This document shows, piece after piece, positions 15,108 to 26,000 of a stretch of DNA of 64,000 nt. The stretch is from positions 270,340 through 334,339 of the forward strand of contig NIVC01001216.1 of NCBI GenBank assembly GCA_002269645.1. The letters run 5' to 3'. Below the pieces are notes generated by a model. The model was not told the DNA's origin. It saw only the letters and a program-made list of their open reading frames with translations, and did not search any database. A program made the position numbers and the translations under genes. Numbering within the stretch: position 1 is the stretch's first letter; each line of letters begins with the position of its first letter. Source of the stretch: Macrostomum lignano (lineage: Eukaryota).

Positions 15108-16546
15108 ATATGCGTCAACTACAGTGTACAATGTGCATCAACTACAGTGTACAATATGCATCAACTACAGTGTACAATATGCATCAACTACAGTGTACAA
15201 TATGCATCAACTACAGTGTGCAATATGCATCAACTACAGTGTACAATATGCATCAACTACAGTGTACAATATGCATCAACTACAGTGTGCAATATGCATC
15301 AACTACAGTGTACAATATGCATCAACTACAGTGTGCAATATGCATCAACTACAGTGTACAATATTCATCAACTACAGTGCGCAATATGCATCAACTACAG
15401 TGTACAATATGCATCAAATTACAGTGTACAATATGCATCAACTACAGTGTGCAATATTCATCAACTACAGTGTACAATATGCATCAAATTACAGTGTACA
15501 ATATGCATCAACTACAGTGTACAATATGCATCAACTACAGTGTACAATATTCATCAACTACAGTGTACAATATGCATCAACTACAGTGTACAATATGCAT
15601 CAACTACAGTGTACAATATTCATCAACTACAGTGTACAATATGCATCAACTACAGTTTACAATATGCATCGACTACAGTGTACAATATGCATCAACTACA
15701 GTGTACAATATGCATCAACTACAGTGTACAATATGCATCAACTACAGTGTACAATATGCATCAAATTACAGTGTACAATATGCATCAACTACAGTGTACA
15801 ATATGCATCAACTACAGTGTACAATATTCATCAACTACAGTGTACAATATGCATCAACTACAGTGTACAATATGCATCAACTACAGTGTACAATATGCAT
15901 CAAATTACAGTGTACAATATGCATCAACTACAGTGTACAATATGCATCAACTACAGTGTACAATATGCATCAACTACAGTGTACAATATGCATCAACTAC
16001 AGTGTACAATATTCATCAACTACAGTGTACAATATGCATCAACTACAGTGTGCAATATTCATCAACTACAGTGTACAATATGCATCAAATTACAGTGTAC
16101 AATATGCATCAACTACAGTGTACAATATGCATCAACTACAGTGTACAATATTCATCAACTACAGTGTACAATATGCATCAACTACAGTGTACAATATGCA
16201 TCAACTACAGTGTACAATATTCATCAACTACAGTGTACAATATGCATCAACTACAGTGTACAATATGCATCGACTACAGTGTACAATATGCATCAACTAC
16301 AGTGTACAATATGCATCGACTACAGTGTACAATATGCATCAACTACAGTGTACAATATGCATCAACTACAGTGTACAATATGCATCAACTACAGTGTACA
16401 ATATTCATCAACTACAGTGTACAATATTCATCAACTACAGTGTACAATATGCATCAACTACAGTGTACAATATTCATCAACTACAGTGTACAATATGCAT
16501 CAACTACAGTGTACAATATGCATCAACTACAGTGTACAATATGCAT
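15108..16546. repeat. 23-bp AT-rich minisatellite upstream of the GPCR
   Basis: Unit tacagtgtacaatatgcatcaac, about 62 copies; contains the palindromes TGTACA and ATGCAT. Confidence 0.98.
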
Positions 16547-17054
16547 AAAATGATCATTTCTTGTAATAAAAAGATTGTACGGATATTTAATGACTAGAAA
16601 TCCTCCCTGCTTATATACTTGGTACATACACCAGTAAGTAGACACAGTTAACAGAGCCAGCATAAACAAGGTTGCTTTGAGTTGAGCTCAATTATTTACG
16701 AATAGAACCACACCTGATGCCTGCTATGGGAAATCGCGCCTGGCTTAGGAGGCGATTTTCTCTGTTTCGGGTGTTTTGCCGCATTTGCAGGATGCTGTGA
16801 TCAGACAGCTGCCAGCTGAAAGTGACGACTTTTTAGCGAACTAATTTAGTTTCTTTAGAATGACAACCGGTGTTGGTGATGGAGTGCCTGCTCCTATGCA
16901 GTCTTTATTGATAGCTCGTACTAATATTGCCTTCCACTTGAGGCATGGTGATGCTGAGGCGAAAAACAAAGGTCACTGGGAAAATAGAGTAGAAATGTAG
17001 GTGAGGTAGAGAGGTAACTAAATGTACGTGATGGTAGATTGGGGTGGAGAGTGG

Positions 17055-17838
17055 AGTAGCAGGGTAGCAGGGTAGCAGGGTAGCAGGGTAGCAGGGTAGC
17101 AGGGTAGCAGGGTAGCAGGGTAGCTGGGGTAACAGGGTAGCAGGGTAGCAGGGTAGCAGGGTAGCAGGGTAGCAGGGTAGCAGGGTAGCAGGGTAGCTGG
17201 TGTAGCAGGGTAGCAGGGTAGCAGGGTAGCTGGGGTAGCAGGGTAGCTGGGGTAGCAGGGTAGCTGGGGTAGCAGGGTAGCTGGGGTAGCAGGGTAGCTG
17301 GGGTAGCAGGGTAGCAGGGTAGCAGGGTAGCTGGGGTAGCAGGGTAGCAGGGTAGCAGGGTAGCAGGGTAGCAGGGTAGCAGGGTAGCAGGGTAGCTGGG
17401 GTAGCAGGGTAGCAGGGTAGCAGGGTAGCTGGGGTAGCAGGGTAGCAGGGTAGCAGGGTAGCTGGGGTAGCAGGGTAGCAGGGTAGCAGGGTAGCTGGGG
17501 TAGCAGGGTAGCAGGGTAGCAGGGTAGCAGGGTAGCAGGGTAGCAGGGTAGCAGGGTAGCAGGGTAGCGGGGTAGCAGGGTAGCAGGGTAGCAGGGTAGC
17601 TGGGGTAGCAGGGTAGCAGGGTAGCAGGGTAGCTGGGGTAGCAGGGTAGCAGGGTAGCAGGGTAGCTGGGGTAGCAGGGTAGCAGGGTAGCAGGGTAGCT
17701 GGGGTAGCAGGGTAGCAGGGTAGCAGGGTAGCTGGGGTAGCAGGGTAGCAGGGTAGCAGGGTAGCAGGGTAGCAGGGTAGCGGGGTAGCAGGGTAGCGGG
17801 GTAGCAGGGTAGCAGGGTAGCAGGGTAGCAGGGTAGCT
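17055..17838. repeat. 8/9-bp G-rich satellite with G-quadruplex potential
   Basis: (GGGTAGCA)n interspersed with GGGGTAGCT variants. Confidence 0.98.
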
Positions 17839-18184
17839 GCATTTACCGCATTTTGTCTTCTAATGGTTTTCACTCGGTAGAAAGGCCCTTAAAAGCGTTA
17901 GCATTAATTTTTTTTCTGAAAATTTCCGCCATCACCATTAACTACATGTAAAGCCACTGCTCGTGTATTCCCAACAGGATTTCAATAACGTTTTCTTTCA
18001 TTTTGACTACTTTACGAAATATTACACAGGTAGGAAATTGGAATCGTCGCGATGGAATCGATTGGAAATTTTAATTGATTTTTTTCAATATCCCTCAGTC
18101 ACAACCTTTACGTGAAAAAAATTCAATTTCCAGTCAATAAAATAAATACAATAAAATGTTTTTATGCTGAAGCTGTACCTAGGC

Positions 18185-18885
18185 ATGGATACTTCATGGG
18201 TACTTCATGGGTACTTCATGGGTACTTCATGGGTACTTCATGGATACTTCATGGGTACTTCATGGGTACTTCATGGGTACTTCATGGGTACTTCATGGAT
18301 ACTTTCATGCTCATGGTTACTTCATGCTCATGGGTACTTCATGCTCATTGGTACTTCATGCTCATGGGTACTTCATGCTCATGGGTACTTCATGCTCATG
18401 GGTACTTCATGGTCATGGGTACTTCATGCTCATTGGTACTTCATGCTCATGGGTACTTCATGCTCATGGGTACTTCATGCTCATGGGTACTTCATGCTCA
18501 TGGGTACTTCATGCTCATGGGTACTTCATGCTCATGGGTACTTCATGCTCATGGGTACTTCATGCTCATGGGTACTTCATGCTCATGGGTACTTCATGCT
18601 CATGGGTACTTCATGCTCATGGGTACTTCATGCTCATGGGTACTTCATGCTCATGGGTACTTCATGCTCATGGGTACTTCATGCTCATGGGTACTTCATG
18701 CTCATGGGTACTTCATGCTCATGGGTACTTCATGCTCATGGGTACTTCATGCTCATGGGTACTTCATGCTCATGGGTACTTCATGCTCATGGGTACTTCA
18801 TGCTCATGGGTACTTCATGCTCATGGGTACTTCATGCTCATGGGTACTTCATGCTCATGGGTACTTCATGCTCATGGGTACTTCA
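18185..18885. repeat. 11-bp array converting into a 17-bp array
   Basis: (catgggtactt)n to about 18300, then (catgggtacttcatgct)n. Confidence 0.97.
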
Positions 18886-21800
18886 TTCTCTTCGTCAGAT
18901 ATACCTGCACATCTGCACACTGGCACCTGTACACTGCATGAGTGAAATGTGTTTGAGTAAATCGAATGAGCATTCATTCCTGTAGTTAAGCAGTCAATAT
19001 TGAACTTTGAATAGCAGTTCACGCTTTTTGCGAAGCCTTTCAACTGACATAGTTAGTCTCAGTCAAGCGTAAAGAGGGTGATTCTCCTTGAAGAATCAGC
19101 TATAGTTCGCTGCAATACCGATAACGCAGGCTGTTTAATTATAGCCATAGCTATTAGCATCAGGGCAGGCTGACGCAACAGCTTGCAATTAAAGCGAAAC
19201 CTTTTTAATGCGCGGAAACTAGCAATATATTTTATGAAGCCTTCGAATCTTTGTGATTTTTGACTATAGTTGCTCGAGTACTCGTACTTGAAATCAGACA
19301 GCGAGAGAGAGAACGGTGAAGAGAGAAGAGAGAACGCTCCAAGTTAAAGCCCTCTACACTGTCGGAGTAGGCTGATTGGTAATCGGTGTAAAAGCACACA
19401 CAGAGTCTCGAAGCGAAAGCCTAACGAACACTGTTTTATGAAGGACTGCTAGCTTTTAGCTTTTAAAAGAAATGCATTTAGCGGCCGTCTCCGAGAGTCG
19501 AAGGCCCAGAAAACCCTGAGGGGTTTGGGCCACAGACACTAGCTGTTGCTGCTAAAGCTTAAGAGCAGCTGAAACTACAGTCTATGGTCTTAATCCCGGG
19601 GTTTTCGCGCTGCGGCCAGGCGGCTAGTGGCCTATCTAGGAGTTTATAGAATCTGTGGCTAAGCCTGGTTGTGCCATAGACAAAATCATTTTGGGTGCTC
19701 CAGCGAGCTGATCCCTTCCCTGCAAGCTCCTTGCAAGCCATAGAAATATATCGAAACTCATTTATTTTCAGTCGCATTAAACTGATTCGAAAATGAATGG
19801 AGAGTAAATTGATTTAATTTGTTCATGTCTGTTGAACGCCTGTTTATGTACATGTACCGCGACATTTCGACAGTTTTCTAAATTGTCTAGGCATTTCTAC
19901 GAGCGTAAAAGGTAAAGTTAGCGTTTACTGGAGAGTTATTTGAAGGTTTCATCTAGATCTTTCTTCACTGATTTGTTAAACTATATTGTTCTCTTTGATA
20001 TAGAACACCAATGAACTATACCGGGTGGCGCTCACGAAAGCGCACAAGCACACGATCGCTTCCGGCCGCTACGCGCGTTCCGCCATCTCCACTTGCAGCC
20101 CACGAAGCCATCGATGCCCACCCCACTTCTTCAATGAGGTGACGTCAGTCGGATAGAGCAAGCCCTCTCTGTGTTCACGTGTCACACGCGTCATGACGTC
20201 CTTTTATTAGGGATTAAATTGTTGTGATTGTTCACCCGCATTCATCAAACTTTTAAATTAAATTTAATTTAAATATCGCCGTAATAATACTCTGAGAAAA
20301 AATCAGCGCCTTTTAAATCGAAACCTTACGTGTAACGTCGAATTAAATAATTATACAACAGCTGCATGGCGTTCGGGATGGACTGAGCGCTGTCGTATTG
20401 CATTAGTGATTGATAATTGTGGAGGGCCTGGACTAATGCGCTTCTTGGTGCATTAATAATAATGGTTGATTCAAAATGGCGTTGCCAGTCATACACTAGT
20501 AGATAGTTAATTATCAGGCAAGTAGTGCATAATTTAAGGGGCCCCTTTCATTGAAAATTATTAACATTTAATCCGTTATCTTCTATTCGAACTAGCATGT
20601 AATGACTAGATTTGTAGGGGGCGTTTGACAATCACGAAATTCACATCGTCAAAAGAGAATGTTTTACAAGATGGAAACTTTATTAGGTCGAAATGTTCGA
20701 AACTTCCTCAAGCTCGAAACATCAAATCGTCGAAAGGTCTTAATTGGTCTCCTTCATAACCTCGAAGCTCTATTGAAGTTTCGACGTTTATATAAAGTTA
20801 GTCTCTGCGATGATGTGAAATTTCGAGCTTTTGATAGCGACGCTTCTATCAATACAATGCATTGTCAATCCAGTGTTCGCATACAGAAGTTACATGTATT
20901 TACACGAGTCGGCCGAATGTTGAGAGGATCAATTCCGAGGATTTAGGCTGGTGTAAATAAAAAACATCTGATATTGAGAAAATCACGAAGCAAGTAAGAT
21001 CGCTTTTGGGCTTCTCTTTTGACATCAAAGGAACCTTGGACAAAGTTAAATTTGGTGATCCTTCAAAGACGCTATTTTACAGAGTGTGATGAATTCGGCC
21101 TTCATAAGCCATAATACCAAAGAGGCTTGTCGGGTCTCATAGCAAAGAAATCATTTATCCGCTTAATACTCCGGCTTTCCAGACCCGTCAGATTGGCCCC
21201 AAGGTGGAAATCAGCTAGTAGGGAGATGTTGTTAATCCAACCGCGGCCCCGTGTCAACCTGCCAACAGCTTCTTGATCATGCATTTTGACCATGCCGAGG
21301 ACGCGTACAGTACAGCTGAGGATAATTTTTGCCGACGGGTTCTTTGCAAGGCGATCAGAGGGTCCAGCTAGGGATTGTAGTACATTATCAATTTTTACAT
21401 GAAATCTTCTGGCCCTCATCTTCAGCTGACAGTATCTGCTCATCTGAGCTCGGATCGCGAATCAAAGAAAGATTTTAACAAAATATATCAGATCAAAATT
21501 TGCCTGATCGAGCTTGCATCTACAGCTAATTATTAGAGCTATATTAAACGCTGGATTTTTGCCTCGAACTGTTCAGCTCATGAAAACAAGTAAGCAAAGT
21601 GCAAAGTAGATTGTATAGTATGTTTAGGAGTTTAATATAGTGGCCAAAACACGAGTACGCGCAATAATAGCCAGTGCGTGTTCAAATTATGTTTGTGCAT
21701 TTAAAGCTTATTACACTCGTATTTTGCGGAAACGAGAGATTACGGAAACAATTTTCTCATAAATATCTTTGAGCAAATATGTACCGTATTCAAGATTTTT

Positions 21801-23030
21801 GTCTCAGAAAACAGCAAATTTGAAAGACTAATTAGTAAGTACCATATTTGAATAGCAATAAATAAACCGTAAGTTTCGTGTTATAACAAAATATATAATA
21901 TTTAAAGCTAAAGCTTGACAAAAATAAAAATGCTAAGCTTTATGACTTTATAGAAATATTCTTTATTTTATTTAAAGTTACTAAAACAATAAAATACAAA
22001 TTAATAAACTGTATGGTGTGTCTGTTTCAGTTTCCTTAAAAATTAGTATTTTTCTAAAATATTCATTGAACAGCTTCGACACCTGGTGTATCTTTTCGTT
22101 GTCGATAGTTGCGACATGTTTGTTAATCGAATATTTTAGGTTTTTTGCATTATCGCCAACTTTGTATACATTTTCGACGGAATTACTGGCATATTGTAAA
22201 AGAAATATTTACTTTACTTTTCCCTTGCATTAGGCTCAGATTTTAAGAAGTCTGAGAGGATAAGCTTATGCCAGACTTAGTCTTAGGAAAACACAGAAAA
22301 TGCACATTTTTAATAATAAATTCTATTTCTAATTTAAAATATCGTACATAAACATGTAAAACTATATAAATTAATAACAAAAAAGTAGCTGCAGTGTGTT
22401 AAATATTATGCTGTCTTGGTGATAAATATGTAAAAAAATATTTTTTGAATTGTTAACAGTCAACCCAATTGCTAGTCAATTCTAGAAATCTTTTGCTTAT
22501 TATAGCTTTATTATTAAAAACATTCTTTTCATCATTTTCTAGTATTACATTATATATAATGCCTTGTTATATTTTACTTTATATTTACTCATGTTACTAG
22601 GTTGCCAATTTAACAAAAATCAAAGTACTTAAACCCTGAAACTACTTGCTTTGGCTTTTGTAGTAGCTTGTTGCATTTGATTAAAATAAGTCATCCTAGG
22701 CATTATTCTTTTTTTAAACCTTAAATGGAACTTATATATACAAATAAAATACTATATATTACAGACATTTTACCTATTTAAATGCAGTTTCGTCTGCTTA
22801 GATTTGTTTAAAATATTTCCAAGTGAAGCTTACGGCATTTAAATAAATTTAGATTGGAACAAAGCATTTTTATCAAAAACTATTTTACTAAAACAAATAA
22901 TTTCAGAAAAAAATTGTTCAAATCAGTAAACTAAATTTTTCCTACTATTAGAATCGCCACTAATCTTGAGCAGAAATCGAAGCGAAATCGGCTAATTTGG
23001 GACACGGAAAAACCAGTATAATGCAATGTC

Positions 23031-23044
23031 ATCGTCATGGTAAC
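23031..23044 (+). promoter_or_regulatory. RFX X-box-like motif 36 bp upstream of the TOGARAM1 ATG
   Basis: ATCGTCATGGTAAC; 13/14 match to GTYRYCATRGYAAC, at the expected position for a ciliary gene. Confidence 0.6.
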
Positions 23045-23079
23045 TAACAGCAGCCAAGTCAGATTTCCCATAGCTCGGC

Positions 23080-26000
23080 ATGGCTAGTCAAGTCGCTTTC
23101 AATTCGCCGGCCTACTCAGCAATGTCCGCCTCGTCTTCATCGTCTGCCTCTGGCGGCTCGGCCACCCTGGCCAGCCTCGGGGCGGGCAGTCAGGAGGAAA
23201 CCGAGCGGCTCCTCCGTCACGTGACCGAAGACGCCGGCCTGCGCAAGGAGGCTCTGGACGCGCTGATCCGAGCGGCAAGGCGGGGCAGCGGCCGACTGTC
23301 GCTGCGGAGTCCCCTCGGCCTGTTCCAGCCGGTCAGCCTGGCGCTGCGCGACCCGGACTGGGAGGTTCGCAACAAGGCGATTAACCTGCTGGTTGAGGTG
23401 ACGCCCAGGTTTGGCCAGCAGTTAAGCGAAGGCATGGCCGAGGTTCTGCCGGGGCTCGTGGCCTGCCTTGCTGATATCAAAGTGGCCAACAGGTGAGTAC
23501 AGGGTTGCGTATTTAGCTGTATTTATGTAACTTTCATGCACTCTCAGTGCTCAAGTGCTCAAGCTTTGGCGCCTTTTTTACAGTAGCTGTGTACACCCCT
23601 TTCACAGTTAGCTTTGTAGCGCACCTTCCCCTCAAATGCAATGGCGCCTCTGCTGCTGGCGCCTCTGGTGCTGGCGCCTCTGGTGCTGGCGCCTCTGGTA
23701 CTGGCGCCTCTGGTGCTGGCGCCTCTGGTGCTGGCGCCTCTGGTGCTGGCGCCTCTAATGCTGGCGCCTCTGTTGCTGGCGCCTCTGGTGCTGGCGCCTC
23801 TGGTGCTGGCGCCTCTGGTGCTGGCGCCTCTGGTGCTGGCGCCTCTTATGCTGGCGCCTCTGGTGCTGGCGCCTCTGGTGCTGGCGCCTCTGGTGCTGGC
23901 GCCTCTGGTGCTGGCGCCTCTGGTGCTGGCGCCTCTGGTGCTGGCGCCTCTTATGCTGGCGCCTCTGGTGCTGGCGCCTCTGGTGCTGGCGCCTCTAATG
24001 CTGGCGCCTCTGTTGCTGGCGCCTCTGGTGCTGTCGCCTCTGGTGCTGGCGCCTCTGGTGCTGGCGCCTCTGGTACTGGCGCCTCTGGTACTGGCGCCTC
24101 TGGTGCTGGCGCCTCTGGTGCTGGCGCCTCTGGTGCTGGCGCCTCTAATGCTGGCGCCTCTGTTGCTGGCGCCTCTGGTGCTGGCGCCTCTGGTGCTGGC
24201 GCCTCTGGTGCTGGCGCCTCTAATGCTGGCGCCTCTGTTGCTGGCGCCTCTGGTGCTGGCGCCTCTGGTGCTGGCGCCTCTGGTACTGGCGCCTCTGGTG
24301 CTGGCGCCTCTGGTGCTGGCGCCTCTGGTGCTGGCGCCTCTGGTGCTGGCGCCTCTGGTGCTGGCGCCTCTGGTGCTGGCGCCTCTGGTGCTGGCGCCTC
24401 TGGTGCTGGCGCCTCTGGTGCTGGCGCCTCTGGTGCTGGCGCCTCTGGTGCTGGCGCCTCTGGTGCTGGCGCACCCCCCCCCCCAAGAAGACCTACAACC
24501 CTGCATCAAATTGCCAGCTATACAGTCCATTCCTGACCCACTACCGCACTGCAGACGGGCCACAACGCAGTGCCTGCACACCTATATGAAAACAATGGGC
24601 AGCGCCAACACTGAGCCAGTCCTTGGCGCCATCATTCGCTACGGTTTGGACGCGGCCGATCCGGAGATTCAACGAAACGTTTGCGTCTCTGTGCCGGTGC
24701 TGCTGACCCCGGATTTAGCCGGGGGAAATTTCTCCCAACTGGTTGCGGCGCTGGCAAAATGCCTCACCAGCAAGGACGAGGCCATGGCCAATGCGGCGCT
24801 GCACGCTTTGGAGGCGATTCGATCGACTCTGGGGGATCAGCTGTTTAATGGCTACCTGCAGCAGCTGAACCCGCCGCTGCGGAGATACTATTTCCAGGTG
24901 AATTTTTGGTGGTGGTTTGGTTTAGACTAGGGACCGTGGATTGGTAGTTGAGCTGATTTAGGAATGGATTGGTTTATTTTAGGTTAGGTTTTGTTTAGAA
25001 AGAATAAGCCTGTTTAGTTTTAGGGGCGGATTGGTTTAGTTTTAGGGGCGGATTGGTTTAGTTTCAGAAGCGGATTGGTTTAGTTTTAGGGGCGGATTGG
25101 TTTAGTTTCAGGGGCGGATTGGTTTAGTTTTAGGGGCGGATTGGTTTAGTTTCAGGGGCGGATTGGTTTAGTTTCAGGGGTGGCTTGGTTTAGTTTTAGG
25201 GGCGGATTGGTTTAGTTTCAGGGGCGGATTGGTTTAGTTTTAGAAGCGGATTGGTTTAGTTTTAGGGGCGGATGGGTTTAGTTTTAGGGGTGGATGGGTT
25301 TAGTTTCAGGGGCGGATTGGTTTAGTTTCAGGGGCGGATTGGTTTAGTTTTAGGGGCGGATTGGTCTAGTTTCAGGGGCGGATTGGTTTAGTTTTAGGGG
25401 TGGATTGGTTTAGTTTTAGAAGCGGATTGGTTTAGTTTTAGGGGCGGATTGGTTTAGTTTTAGAAGCGGATTGGTTTAGTTTTAGGGGCGGATTGGCTTA
25501 GTTTCAGGGGCGGATTGGTTTAGTTTCAGGGGCGGATTGGTTTAATTGTAGGGGCGGATTGGTTTAGTTTCAGGGGCGGATTGGTTTAGTTTCAGGGGCG
25601 GATTGGTTTAGTTTTAGGGGCGGATTGGTTTAGTTTCAGGGGCGGATGGGTTTAGTTGTAGGGGCGGATTGGTTTAGTTTCAGGGGCGGATTGGTTTAGT
25701 TTTAGGGGCGGATTGGTTTAGTTTTAGGAGCGGATTGGTTTAGTTTTAGGAGCGGATTGGTTTAGTTTTAGAGGCGGATTGGTTTAGTTTTAGGGGCGGA
25801 TTGGTCTAGTTTCAGGGGCGGATTGGTTTAGTTTCAGGGGTGGCTTGGTTTAGTTTTAGGGGCGGATTGGTTTAGTTTTAGGGGCGGATTGGTTTAGTTT
25901 CAGGGGCGGATTGGTTTAGTTTCAGGGGTGGCTTGGTTTAGTTTTAGGGGCGGATTGGTTTAGTTTCAGGGGCGGATTGGTTTAGTTTTAGGGGCGGATT

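Noticed and set aside
12536-18985. Long repetitive ORFs over the 23-, 8- and 17-bp arrays
   Set aside because: Periodicity matches the DNA unit and they are open in multiple frames.
23547-24554. (GASGA)n silk-like and (LAPLV)n ORFs, the latter in frame with exon 24555
   Set aside because: Product of the 15-bp array. Exon 1 splices cleanly 23492 to 24555, and intron retention hits TGA at 23494-96.
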